64,000 bases of DNA from a virus: IMG/VR virus record IMGVR_UViG_3300012925_000001; one strand, 5' to 3'. This document shows, one piece after another, positions 8,765 through 17,449 of this stretch; the stretch's first letter is position 1; each line of letters opens with the position of its first letter. The notes beneath the pieces were generated by a model, which was not told the origin of the DNA, did not search any database, and saw only the letters and a program-made list of their open reading frames with translations. The position numbers and the translations under genes were made by a program.

Positions 8765-8824
8765 GCCGAACACGACAACGAATCCACTCAACAACACCAC
8801 CACAACGAGGAAGGACAACAGCCA

Positions 8825-9148
8825 ATGCCATTCGCCACTCAAGCCCAGAAGGACTACACAGCGGCCATCCATGACTACGCAGCCGCCGATGTGGATCTAA
8901 CCCACAACCTAGAGCTAGCCATGCGCGCCTACACAGTGTTCTATTCGCTGGCAGCTGCGTCGTCTGCTGTCGAAGCAGGCAGCCGTAGCCAGATGCCGAC
9001 GCTTGACCGCGCCGAGGCCCAGCTCATCATTGATATCGTCAGCGATGTACGGGCAGGTCAACGCACGACTCTGTTCGACTGCTTACTCGCCCAGCAACTT
9101 TCCTCAGCCGTGCTCGACTTCGTAGTAGATGGGATGTTCCCGCGATGA
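8825..9148 (+). CDS. hypothetical protein
   Basis: ATG 8825 after CCACTCAAC...GAGGAAGGA leader. Confidence 0.7.
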   Translation: MPFATQAQKDYTAAIHDYAAADVDLTHNLELAMRAYTVFYSLAAASSAVEAGSRSQMPTLDRAEAQLIIDIVSDVRAGQRTTLFDCLLAQQLSSAVLDFVVDGMFPR

Positions 9149-9480
9149 ATGAACCAAGATACAAGCTCTACGTATGGCGTGGCGAAGGCGTACTCGAAAA
9201 CTACACCACAGGCATGGTCGTTATCATAGCCACTAGCTACTTCAACGCCTGGATGAAGCTATCCAAAGCTGACCCTGAAGCCTATTACAACCTACGTTCC
9301 GGCGGCGTCTGCCGGAGTCTATGGGTTTCAACCGAAGACAGCGCTGCTGAATGGCAGGAAGCCTACGAGGATTGGAAGCGGGAGCAGCGGGAGGACGGCT
9401 ATCAGATCCTGTCACCAATCACACCAACAGAATACGAACTAGACCAAGCACCTGTATCGGTGCAGAGAGGCGGAGGATAA
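9145..9480 (+). CDS. hypothetical protein
   Basis: ATGA stop/start overlap with upstream ORF. Confidence 0.7.
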   Translation: MNEPRYKLYVWRGEGVLENYTTGMVVIIATSYFNAWMKLSKADPEAYYNLRSGGVCRSLWVSTEDSAAEWQEAYEDWKREQREDGYQILSPITPTEYELDQAPVSVQRGGG

Positions 9481-9744
9481 ATGGCAGGCATGAATTTCGA
9501 ACAGCTATGGAACAGCTTTCACGATGAACCCAAGCCGAAAACAGTCCGCGTACGTCTCCTGATCTACAAAGGCGACAAGCAGGAGATCGAGCGCAGGCGC
9601 AACTCAGACGGTGTCAAGGGGACGATGTGCATCGGCGACAAGTACAGCATCACTGCAATCGAGCTGGATCCAACACGGCTAACCATACGTGAGCTACTGC
9701 GGGTACTGTTCCGCCGGGAAAGTTCAAGTACTGACAGTGAGTAA
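9481..9744 (+). CDS. hypothetical protein
   Basis: ATG directly follows upstream TAA; GGAGG 5 nt upstream. Confidence 0.7.
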   Translation: MAGMNFEQLWNSFHDEPKPKTVRVRLLIYKGDKQEIERRRNSDGVKGTMCIGDKYSITAIELDPTRLTIRELLRVLFRRESSSTDSE

Positions 9745-9832
9745 CGGCAATAACGACAGCTATCGCACCAACCACGGCATCTTCCACCAGCTACTCGGCA
9801 CGCAGCATAACCGGCATTACAACTATCACCTG

Positions 9833-10015
9833 ATGTCGGAGGCTAAGTTGAAATGGCATAAGCACTACCTGGAGCATGAACAGGAACTGCACCGGCAACA
9901 GCAGCACGCAACTAGATGGTTCCGGCGAGTCCGCAACACAGTTGTGGCAATAGTCTTCCTCGCGGGCGGATTCCTGCTGCTACTCACCTTACTTATAGAA
10001 GGAGGTCACCGATGA
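9833..10015 (+). CDS. hypothetical small membrane protein
   Basis: C-terminal TM helix VVAIVFLAGGFLLLLTLLI; start uncertain (ATG 9833 or GTG 9689 overlapping upstream gene). Confidence 0.4.
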   Translation: MSEAKLKWHKHYLEHEQELHRQQQHATRWFRRVRNTVVAIVFLAGGFLLLLTLLIEGGHR

Positions 10016-10311
10016 GCTACAGCGAAGACACAGACGACCTGGAACAAGTCTCCCGCGCAGACGAGGACGCAGACTACTACGAACGCACCCGCGAGGCCAT
10101 GATGGCACGGTACGACCGGAACCTGAAGCTACTGGCTGACCCGAAGCTTTGGCCGCAGTTCAACGTACTGTTCACCTGCCCGACATGCGAACAGCAATTC
10201 GTCAAACGTCAGGCCGCACAGAAATTCTGCTCGAAATCCTGCAAGAACCACTACTGGAACGTCGTGCGATTCGAGCCGGAGCACCACCACCGAGGAAGGA
10301 AGGAAGTCTAG
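10012..10311 (+). CDS. zinc-ribbon protein (CPTC ... QKFCSKSC)
   Basis: ATGA overlap, GGAGG 6 nt upstream of ATG 10012; Cys4 motif shared with 21596..21943. Confidence 0.7.
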   Translation: MSYSEDTDDLEQVSRADEDADYYERTREAMMARYDRNLKLLADPKLWPQFNVLFTCPTCEQQFVKRQAAQKFCSKSCKNHYWNVVRFEPEHHHRGRKEV

Positions 10312-10313
10312 CT

Positions 10314-10550
10314 ATGTTCAGCCCAGTTCTAATTGTCAGAACTAATCCGACGCGGTTATACAACGCAGTTCCACTTTCAGCAGTCGTTCGCATAGCTGAA
10401 ACTATGAACGGGTCAAATATCTATCTTACGGATGGAACCCGCATACATGTGGAGGAGAGCTTGGACAAGATCCTAGCGCAGATCCCTAACGTATACGAAA
10501 CCACCAAAGAAATTCTGTCTGTGTTGATAAATCACGGAGTGATCGCATGA
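10314..10550 (+). CDS. hypothetical small protein (C-terminal VxExxxDxILAxI motif, copy 1)
   Basis: ATG 10314 after AGGAAGGAAGGAAG; motif IHVEESLDKILAQI. Confidence 0.65.
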   Translation: MFSPVLIVRTNPTRLYNAVPLSAVVRIAETMNGSNIYLTDGTRIHVEESLDKILAQIPNVYETTKEILSVLINHGVIA

Positions 10551-10804
10551 GTCCACGCAAATACATTCGTCTGTTCGGTTTCGAGATAGACAGCCGAGAC
10601 GTGCCTATAAAATCTGGGCCAGCTCAACACTTTCTGCTATTCGCCGACAAGCTTGTCAACATCACACCGAGCGAGATTATAGGTGGTGTCACGACTATTA
10701 CAGACACCAACAACAGGACGTACGCGGTAAAGCACACCGTTGACGAGATCCTAGCCAAGATTTTCATGAAACCTGAGAAGGCGGAGGAGGCCACCAATGG
10801 ATGA
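10547..10804 (+). CDS. hypothetical small protein (same C-terminal motif, copy 2)
   Basis: ATGA overlap; motif YAVKHTVDEILAKI parallels upstream ORF. Confidence 0.65.
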   Translation: MSPRKYIRLFGFEIDSRDVPIKSGPAQHFLLFADKLVNITPSEIIGGVTTITDTNNRTYAVKHTVDEILAKIFMKPEKAEEATNG

Positions 10805-11198
10805 CAAGTTCGACTTAGACATCAACGACGAGCGGTTGTCGCAGCAGCACGAGGCGGCAGGCCCGCAGCCGGAACCTGAGCCACCACCATCACCAATCGC
10901 ACGCCCGCTCGAAGTTATAACCGGAGCGCACATCGACATCGAAGTCCGGCCATTCGCCTACTCATTCCTCGGCCTGGGCCACGGTCCAAAAGCGCGTGAA
11001 GTCCGTAACGCTATCTGGAAGTCCGATGCCGAGGAACTGAAAGCGTACGTGCATTCCTTCCGGGGCATCACCGCTAAGATCGTCTACGACCGGAGTTATG
11101 AATGCTCGGAATGCAAAGGTGTGTACGAGTTCGACCCAGCAACCGGCCTGACCGCGTGCTGTGGCCTGCCTGTTGCTGAGGAGCCTGCCAAGCTATGA
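10797..11198 (+). CDS. hypothetical protein with C-terminal Cys cluster (CSEC...CCG)
   Basis: GGAGGAGG before ATG 10797; 8-nt overlap with upstream gene. Confidence 0.7.
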   Translation: MDDKFDLDINDERLSQQHEAAGPQPEPEPPPSPIARPLEVITGAHIDIEVRPFAYSFLGLGHGPKAREVRNAIWKSDAEELKAYVHSFRGITAKIVYDRSYECSECKGVYEFDPATGLTACCGLPVAEEPAKL

Positions 11199-11437
11199 CC
11201 CCCACCGCAGCAGATCATCTAACTGTAACCCTCAATGGAGCTGAGATTCTAATCCTTGAGGATGCACTCAACGTTCGAGCTTGCGAACTGAAAGAAGCGC
11301 GTAAGCAGTTCGACCGAGCACTGGCAGCAGGCACACTGACCGCCGAGAAACATGACTTCAAGATGACACGGTTGTCGAGCAAGCTGTATAAGATCCAACA
11401 ATTGAAGATAAAGCTAGGACGAGCGCAAGAATTGTGA
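11195..11437 (+). CDS. hypothetical helical protein
   Basis: ATGA overlap with upstream gene. Confidence 0.65.
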   Translation: MTPTAADHLTVTLNGAEILILEDALNVRACELKEARKQFDRALAAGTLTAEKHDFKMTRLSSKLYKIQQLKIKLGRAQEL

Positions 11438-11466
11438 TTGACAACCATAGTCAACCATGAGACACT
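11438..11466 (+). promoter_or_regulatory. sigma70-type promoter candidate P7
   Basis: TTGACA 11438-11443 immediately after stop codon, 17 nt, GACACT 11461-11466; upstream GAATTGTGATTGACAA matches P1. Confidence 0.45.
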
Positions 11467-11504
11467 AACTTCAACATACAGACAAGGGAGAAGAGGAAAG
11501 CGAT

Positions 11505-12329
11505 ATGGCAGAGTACGAGTTGGAAAACGGCGATACATACAACACGGCAAACGACGACGCGCGAGACGAGAACGATTTGCTGGATAACGGGACTGACGTG
11601 GCCGAGGTCACACCGTCAGAAACTGTCAAGGCAGTTCTAGACGAATGCCGCGCTTATGAGGCCGAGCACGAAGCGGAGAGCCTTGCAGCAGCCGAGGAAG
11701 CTGAGTTCAACCAGACCATCGACGACGCGCGACTGACTGCAGTCTCATCCGACGATAACCTGGAATCTGAAACCATCCTGCTCCGATACTTAGGGATTGA
11801 GGAGCTTGTTGAGGAGCTTGCTGCCGAGCCGGAGCCAGTTCCCGTCGAAGATCCCGAAGCCAAAGCTCGCCGCGAGTTCATCGCTGGCCTGCGCGATCTA
11901 GCCGACTTCTTCGAACAGAACCCTGAGATCGACAAGCCATACAGCGGATGCACACTGACCCTGTACGTATCCGACAAAAAGAAGTTGGCTAAATATGCCC
12001 GCGCGTTCGGCCATGCAGAAAAGGTAGTCGATGACTACTCATTCCGTCTGAGCAAAGAATTCGGCACAACCGGCGTCAAGGTTGAGACCTACTCGTCTCG
12101 GCAGTCAGTCTGTGAGCGCGTGAAAATCGGCGAGGAGTTCGTGCCGACTCACAAAATCGCAGCCACCGAGGAGCGCTTCGTAGAAGGCCACATGAAAGAT
12201 ATCTACGAGTGGAAGTGCCCAAGCTTACTGGCGATTGCTGGCGAGGATGCTGTTGAAGCTGATGCTGTAGTCGAGCCGACAACCGAAGCCTCAGCGTCAC
12301 AACCGGAACGGGGTATTAGCCTACCATGA
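11505..12329 (+). CDS. hypothetical protein, acidic N-terminal half
   Basis: GGGAGAAGAGGAAAG before ATG 11505; 274 aa. Confidence 0.8.
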   Translation: MAEYELENGDTYNTANDDARDENDLLDNGTDVAEVTPSETVKAVLDECRAYEAEHEAESLAAAEEAEFNQTIDDARLTAVSSDDNLESETILLRYLGIEELVEELAAEPEPVPVEDPEAKARREFIAGLRDLADFFEQNPEIDKPYSGCTLTLYVSDKKKLAKYARAFGHAEKVVDDYSFRLSKEFGTTGVKVETYSSRQSVCERVKIGEEFVPTHKIAATEERFVEGHMKDIYEWKCPSLLAIAGEDAVEADAVVEPTTEASASQPERGISLP

Positions 12330-12583
12330 AACTCGTTGACCCCAGAATCGCGCACCTGATTCCCGGCATTGAACGCTACGTGCACAACCGCGTCCGGCCT
12401 GGTGGATTCCTGTACGCGGTTCTGACCAACGATCTGCGGCAGGCCATTAGCATGGCCGACGCTGACAATATCAACTTGCTGCCGGAGATCGTTAAGTACC
12501 TCTACAACGAGATCCCATACGGCATCTGGGGCTCAGTTGAGGCCGTCGAGCAGCATCTCATGAAAGGTCAAAGGTTAGTCTGA
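12326..12583 (+). CDS. hypothetical protein
   Basis: ATGA overlap; 85 aa. Confidence 0.7.
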   Translation: MKLVDPRIAHLIPGIERYVHNRVRPGGFLYAVLTNDLRQAISMADADNINLLPEIVKYLYNEIPYGIWGSVEAVEQHLMKGQRLV

Positions 12584-12906
12584 TGCCCTATGTCTACCAA
12601 ATCGGCGACCTCACCCTAGCAGTCATCGCTGCGGCCATTCTCGGAGTTCAACTCGGAGCCTGGTGGGGCCGCACAGACATCGAAGACCGGCTGAACAAAC
12701 TATTTGGAGGCACGCCGCTGCAACTCTGGGCCAAGCTCCGAGCTAAGCCAAAAGACCTTATCTCCCTTGCCTCAGTCATCCAACTCCTCCAGCAGCACAA
12801 CGAGGACGACCGCAAGCTCATCGACCGTTGGGATCATGACGCAGGCCGACGGTATTGGTTGCGGCGAGACATCATCGCAATGCTTGAGAAAGTCGAGACG
12901 CTATAG
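12583..12906 (+). CDS. hypothetical protein with N-terminal TM helix
   Basis: TGATG overlap; LTLAVIAAAILGVQLGAWW hydrophobic start. Confidence 0.65.
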   Translation: MPYVYQIGDLTLAVIAAAILGVQLGAWWGRTDIEDRLNKLFGGTPLQLWAKLRAKPKDLISLASVIQLLQQHNEDDRKLIDRWDHDAGRRYWLRRDIIAMLEKVETL

Positions 12907-12908
12907 CC

Positions 12909-13166
12909 ATGCCGACACCCAATCCATACTCGTTCAACTACTTCCACTCCAAAGTCAGATCCACATCGCCAACCACATCAACCGTCAAGATCTGGCATGG
13001 AGGCATTGTCATAGACCGGATAGTCCACCGGATTAGCTTTCGCCGCGCGGTGACTCAGCAGATAGCCGTCTACGTCAGAGACAAATACGGCAGCCATGCT
13101 TCCCTGTTCCAAGCTCAGTACGTAGCTGCACAGCTTCTGAAGAAGCAGAGAGCGATTATTGTATGA
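12909..13166 (+). CDS. hypothetical protein
   Basis: ATG 2 nt after upstream stop. Confidence 0.6.
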   Translation: MPTPNPYSFNYFHSKVRSTSPTTSTVKIWHGGIVIDRIVHRISFRRAVTQQIAVYVRDKYGSHASLFQAQYVAAQLLKKQRAIIV

Positions 13167-13546
13167 AGCCATTCAACCTAGCCGAAGCTTTAGCCGGAGC
13201 GCCTGTCTGCACGCGCGACGGTCGCAAAGTCCTAGAGCTGCATCTGTATGCCGCGCTGCTCCCCACTAACAAGTTCCCTCTCGGTGCTGTGCTCGAAGGA
13301 TCTGACGGCGACGATGGGCCGTTTGCATTGCACTACCGTGAAGATGGCACACGTCTCGGTCCGGTAGACGAGCCAATAGAAAGCCGCACAGACTTGTTCA
13401 TGGCCTCAACCAAGCACACCATCTACCTCAACATCTATCGTGAACCAGACGGTCGCGCATACGGTTACCAGTCCCAGGAAGAAGCTGAACGATTTGCAGG
13501 CGGGAATGCTCTAGCCATAGCCATCCCCGTAGAAGTGGAGTACTAG
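13163..13546 (+). CDS. hypothetical protein
   Basis: ATGA overlap; 127 aa. Confidence 0.7.
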   Translation: MKPFNLAEALAGAPVCTRDGRKVLELHLYAALLPTNKFPLGAVLEGSDGDDGPFALHYREDGTRLGPVDEPIESRTDLFMASTKHTIYLNIYREPDGRAYGYQSQEEAERFAGGNALAIAIPVEVEY

Positions 13547-13551
13547 CCGCC

Positions 13552-13884
13552 ATGCCCCTGCCCGCCTATACCATCGCGTTCACCGTCGCTCTCATCGCAG
13601 GCCCGCACCATACAGCGCATGGCCACCACTTCCTACAAGACTTCAGCAACGCAGGTCTGCACGTCACCGACTGCACAGCCACCTTGCCACACGCCGAAGA
13701 CTTCCCGCTCTACACTCGCTTGTACTGGATCATTGACCCTAATCGCAGAACGCCAGCGACCGTAGATGTTTTTATAACGCCGCCGGAAGAAGTCATGAAC
13801 CTCAAGCCGACGCCCGCGCTGCATATGCCTAAGAAGGTTTACATGGTTTGTAACTACAACTTCGACACTCGGCCAGGAAGGTAG
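13552..13884 (+). CDS. hypothetical protein
   Basis: ATG 5 nt after upstream stop; 110 aa. Confidence 0.6.
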   Translation: MPLPAYTIAFTVALIAGPHHTAHGHHFLQDFSNAGLHVTDCTATLPHAEDFPLYTRLYWIIDPNRRTPATVDVFITPPEEVMNLKPTPALHMPKKVYMVCNYNFDTRPGR

Positions 13885-13893
13885 CCCATAGCT

Positions 13894-14019
13894 ATGATCA
13901 TCTTCCTCACCCTCGCGGTCGCCTACCTGTTCATCGACAGCTTGTTCGCTACGCACTGGATACAGAAACTGGAACGCCGCATTATCGACTTAGAGCTTGA
14001 TCAAAGGCAAGGAGACTAG
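13894..14019 (+). CDS. mini membrane protein (41 aa, below ORF-track cutoff)
   Basis: Hand-translated: MIIFLTLAVAYLFIDSLFATHWIQKLERRIIDLELDQRQGD; fills the gap between 13884 and 14022. Confidence 0.45.
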   Translation: MIIFLTLAVAYLFIDSLFATHWIQKLERRIIDLELDQRQGD

Positions 14020-14021
14020 TT

Positions 14022-14207
14022 ATGCAGCTAGGCGGCCCACTCATCATGATCTGGATCTTCTGCGCGATCTGGGGCGTGTTTTCCCTGATCGACCGGCATT
14101 ACATCACTGGCGTGCTGTGCCTAGCAGTGTTCCTGACTCCTATAGCTGCATTCGCATCGCTGTACTTCACACCACGCGCGCGCACGCGCCAGAAAGGATC
14201 GAAATGA
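14022..14207 (+). CDS. small membrane protein, two hydrophobic helices
   Basis: GGAG 7 nt before ATG 14022; LIMIWIFCAIWGVFSLI and GVLCLAVFLTPIAAFASLYF. Confidence 0.6.
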   Translation: MQLGGPLIMIWIFCAIWGVFSLIDRHYITGVLCLAVFLTPIAAFASLYFTPRARTRQKGSK

Positions 14208-14626
14208 CAATCGAAGAAGCATTTGCAATCGCCAGAACGCTCACTAATGGCTACATAAGCCTCTCGGAGAAGCTACATTACTATCCTGTCGGTAAAGTCT
14301 CAGAGCGCTGGTGCGAAATAGACTTGGATGGAGTCCGTGCCGAGGGCAGCACCTGGGAGAACGCATTGCAAACAGCTACGGGGCCGAATGGTTGGAACCG
14401 GTCTCTTGCCGACTACCCAATCGTCCCCGACTACCTCCACTCGCCAATCGTCTTCATCGATCCACAGACCAAACCTGATCGCATCCTATTGTGTGCATTC
14501 TGGAACAGGGAACGATGGTTGTTCCGCGTCGTCAACGGAGCCTGGGTGAGCACGCGACGAGCTGAAGTAGAAGACTACGACAGCATTCTGAACGCTAAGA
14601 GACTAGAGGTGGTACGACGGGCATGA
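14204..14626 (+). CDS. hypothetical protein
   Basis: ATGA overlap at 14204 (track ORF 13997.. extends upstream over the two mini-ORFs in another frame). Confidence 0.65.
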   Translation: MTIEEAFAIARTLTNGYISLSEKLHYYPVGKVSERWCEIDLDGVRAEGSTWENALQTATGPNGWNRSLADYPIVPDYLHSPIVFIDPQTKPDRILLCAFWNRERWLFRVVNGAWVSTRRAEVEDYDSILNAKRLEVVRRA

Positions 14627-14684
14627 CCACTTTCATCGTATTCATAATCGACACACTTAAAGGAAAGGTAGGGACAGCGGACTA

Positions 14685-14978
14685 ATGAAACGCATCTGGA
14701 AGTATCAAATCGACCTTAACTCAGGCTCTGCATACGCAGTCATTCTAGTCCCACCTCAACGTGTCTTCCGTGCCGCAGCTATGCAAGGCAGTGGCATCAT
14801 CGCCTTATGGTTCGAGGTAGATAACGATGCCGTTTACCAAGCGGAGGAGCTGAACCTGCACGTCTATGGCACCGGCCACGTAATTCTTCCCACGCACTTC
14901 TATCTCGGCACAGTCTTCGACGGTCCATTCGTCTGGCACGTCTATGAAGGCCGCAGTGGATCGGAGCCCTCACGATGA
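14685..14978 (+). CDS. hypothetical protein
   Basis: ATG 14685 after AAAGGAAAGG...; MKRIWKYQI...GTGH...VWHVYE. Confidence 0.65.
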   Translation: MKRIWKYQIDLNSGSAYAVILVPPQRVFRAAAMQGSGIIALWFEVDNDAVYQAEELNLHVYGTGHVILPTHFYLGTVFDGPFVWHVYEGRSGSEPSR

Positions 14979-15223
14979 AACTCTACTTCGTAATCCCCAA
15001 GCACGCTGAAGTTACGCCTGCTAACTTCTCGCCCGCTCTCTCCTGCATAGACCTCGACGGCAACCGCACCCTGGACGCCGTCAAAGCATTCACCAAGCTC
15101 AAGTACGCCAAAGCATTCGTGCGCAGCCAATACCTCTACAACAAGCAAGCACGCGAGACGAAGCTGGAGATCGTAACCACGCTTTGCATCCCAGTAGGCC
15201 GCCCAAGAAAGGCAAGCAAGTAA
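14975..15223 (+). CDS. hypothetical protein
   Basis: ATGA overlap. Confidence 0.65.
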   Translation: MKLYFVIPKHAEVTPANFSPALSCIDLDGNRTLDAVKAFTKLKYAKAFVRSQYLYNKQARETKLEIVTTLCIPVGRPRKASK

Positions 15224-15597
15224 TGCCGATGCCGATACCGACGACTAAACTCTCCCCGCGCCAGCTCAACATCCTCCGCGAACTAGGCATGGTCTGCTAC
15301 GACAAGCATCCTACCCTGCTCATAACTCCAGGTTGGCTTGGCGGTCGTGACGGATCGCACCACTCGCACACCCTGGCCCAGCTCTGCCGCAAAGGCCTAG
15401 CGCACCGAACTAAATGGGGCACGACCGGAGCCTGTAACTGCCGCTGCGGCTCAACAGCGCAGTTCGGCCACCGCTGCAAGGGAAGCTTCAGCTATGACAT
15501 CACGCGCGACGGCGTAATGGCGCTGGCTGATGACGATGTGTTCAAACGGTTCGTGGCCAGACGTGTAGCGAAGGAGGAATCCAATGCCAGCGCCTAA
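15223..15597 (+). CDS. hypothetical protein, possible HTH N-terminus plus Cys/His cluster
   Basis: TAATG overlap at 15223; LSPRQLNILRELG... then CNCRCGS...HRC. Confidence 0.6.
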   Translation: MPMPIPTTKLSPRQLNILRELGMVCYDKHPTLLITPGWLGGRDGSHHSHTLAQLCRKGLAHRTKWGTTGACNCRCGSTAQFGHRCKGSFSYDITRDGVMALADDDVFKRFVARRVAKEESNASA

Positions 15598-15931
15598 GAA
15601 CTACCACAACCAAGATCCGTTCATGACGAATCCTGCATACACGCGCGAGGCTCTGCGCATCGAGCACGCAGCTTTCGAAAAAGCCGAGCGTGCTACGGGC
15701 AAAGCTTGGCATGATATTCCTACGCTGACTGATTGGGTGCTGCTACGCCTGCAAACCGCCGAAGACTCTCTCGCCAAGCTAAAGGAGAACGCGTGCTCTG
15801 TGCCAATTCCGGCAGCTACACGCCTTACAGGTGCATGCAAATTCTGTGGCTACCTACTTGACGATCACCTGCTCGATCAGGACGGCACCTGGTTCTGTCC
15901 ACCGCCAACAGCAGCGAAGGCCAAGCCATGA
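15584..15931 (+). CDS. hypothetical protein
   Basis: 14-nt overlap with upstream gene; GGAGGA upstream of ATG 15584. Confidence 0.65.
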   Translation: MPAPKNYHNQDPFMTNPAYTREALRIEHAAFEKAERATGKAWHDIPTLTDWVLLRLQTAEDSLAKLKENACSVPIPAATRLTGACKFCGYLLDDHLLDQDGTWFCPPPTAAKAKP

Positions 15932-16155
15932 CCCTTGCTGACTACCTATTTATCGCTTGGCTCATCAACTTCGTTGTAGTCCTCATCATGATCCGTCTGG
16001 CCTACGCGCGCACGAACTTCTACGATCGGTTCTCAGTCCAGACCGACAACTGGATCAATACATTCCTGATCACGTTCATCCTGCAGACTGCATTCATGGT
16101 CACCTACAACTTCGCCCGTCTAATCCATCTCTATCATCTCCACGGAAGGTCCTAG
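15928..16155 (+). CDS. small membrane protein (two to three TM helices)
   Basis: ATGA overlap; strongly hydrophobic 75 aa. Confidence 0.65.
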   Translation: MTLADYLFIAWLINFVVVLIMIRLAYARTNFYDRFSVQTDNWINTFLITFILQTAFMVTYNFARLIHLYHLHGRS

Positions 16156-16162
16156 CCTAGCC

Positions 16163-16858
16163 ATGCCCAACAATCCCGCCAACCTCCATCACTGTCATCT
16201 CGTCACACCGATGACTAACACACTCAACAAAACTCTCTGTGGCTTGAATATCATCCACAGCATGAGTCCAACTCAGGGACCCCCCAGTACCTGGCGCACT
16301 TACCGGACTAGCGATGTCACCTGCAGCGATTGCATCCAGATCCTCAAGGATAAGGATATGTGGAAGGAGTCGGAGCCGGGGCCGAAATCAGAGGACAATC
16401 CATACCTCAAGGAAGACTATGTAGCTAAATCCGAAGCCGACCACAGCCGACGCTTCAACGTGGATTATATGATGGCCCCTGCTGTGCCGCCAGCGCTCTC
16501 CACCTTCGAGCAGAAACTACTCGCCTCCGCTCAGCAGCAGATCCTCAAGATGTTCTCAGACGGCAGTCTCGTCATGCCAGACTACGCCAACCGTATCAAG
16601 ATCCCAGCTGACCTCGTCCAGAAAATCTACTCCTTGATCGACTACGACCAAGTCCTGGAACTCCTGCGACCTAAAATCAACGAGCTCGTCGCCAAAAAGA
16701 TCCTACACGTACTCACCGAGGAACTCAGTGCCGACGTCAAAAAGACTATGTCCACCGGCCCGATCCGCGACAAGCTCAAAGCTACTCTCACAGTCGAGCT
16801 GGCTAAGGTCGTGCATGTCGCCGACGAACTTGCCAAGCTGAAAGCCCGCCAGCCATGA
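16163..16858 (+). CDS. hypothetical protein
   Basis: 231 aa, no competing ORF. Confidence 0.75.
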   Translation: MPNNPANLHHCHLVTPMTNTLNKTLCGLNIIHSMSPTQGPPSTWRTYRTSDVTCSDCIQILKDKDMWKESEPGPKSEDNPYLKEDYVAKSEADHSRRFNVDYMMAPAVPPALSTFEQKLLASAQQQILKMFSDGSLVMPDYANRIKIPADLVQKIYSLIDYDQVLELLRPKINELVAKKILHVLTEELSADVKKTMSTGPIRDKLKATLTVELAKVVHVADELAKLKARQP

Positions 16859-17055
16859 CCGAACTCCTTTCCTATACACGCTTCTGGTTCGCCAAGTTCC
16901 TCGTTGAACTCTGCCTGACTATTGGTATGCTGGCTACAATCTTATTCGTGGTCTGTGTGCACAACTTCATCGAACGTCACAGAAAGGATCGTGCTGACCT
17001 GACAGAGCCTGACTCGGATCTCGGCTGGGACGACGACAAATGGTGGCATAACTGA
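16855..17055 (+). CDS. small membrane protein
   Basis: ATGA overlap; FLVELCLTIGMLATILFVVCV helix. Confidence 0.6.
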   Translation: MTELLSYTRFWFAKFLVELCLTIGMLATILFVVCVHNFIERHRKDRADLTEPDSDLGWDDDKWWHN

Positions 17056-17282
17056 TGACTATCTATGTTCGACGAATGTCTGTGCAGGACATGTACAACA
17101 CCGTCAACCGGCAGCTTACTCTCGTCCCGGCTTGCGACGAGACAGACTTCGCTAAAACCATCCTAGGCGTGCTGTGCGAGATGGCGTCACGGTACATCCA
17201 AGAGTCTAACGACGAAGGCGAGCAGCAGCTCATGCACAAGCTACAGGCCCTGCCGCCTGTTGACCCGAAGGATATGAACTGA
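17055..17282 (+). CDS. hypothetical protein
   Basis: TGATG overlap. Confidence 0.6.
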   Translation: MTIYVRRMSVQDMYNTVNRQLTLVPACDETDFAKTILGVLCEMASRYIQESNDEGEQQLMHKLQALPPVDPKDMN

Positions 17283-17449
17283 TGCCCGAGCCTAAGATTA
17301 GAGACTATCCCGTGATCCCGTCCGAGGCTGTTCCGCCCGGCGAGATCTGGTTCGCCACACCTGAAGGCATCACGCACAAAATCATTGGTGTCGACTCAAC
17401 CACGCCCACTGTAGATGACTTACTAGAGACCTCCGATGACTCCGACTGA
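17282..17449 (+). CDS. possible 55-aa ORF (below ORF-track cutoff)
   Basis: TGATG overlap at 17282; hand-translated MPEPKIRDYPVIPSEAVPPGEIWFATPEG...; fills an otherwise empty 150 nt. Confidence 0.4.
   Translation: MPEPKIRDYPVIPSEAVPPGEIWFATPEGITHKIIGVDSTTPTVDDLLETSDDSD

Noticed and set aside
3121-8824. Idea that the CACTCAAC...GAGGAAGGGAG leaders are T7/T3-type single-subunit RNAP promoters (they superficially resemble CACTATAGGGAGA)
   Set aside because: The spacing between the two boxes varies from 0 to 15 nt, and no phage RNAP gene is present in the window. Consensus sigma70 promoters already account for transcription of this arm. I kept this only as a remote alternative.
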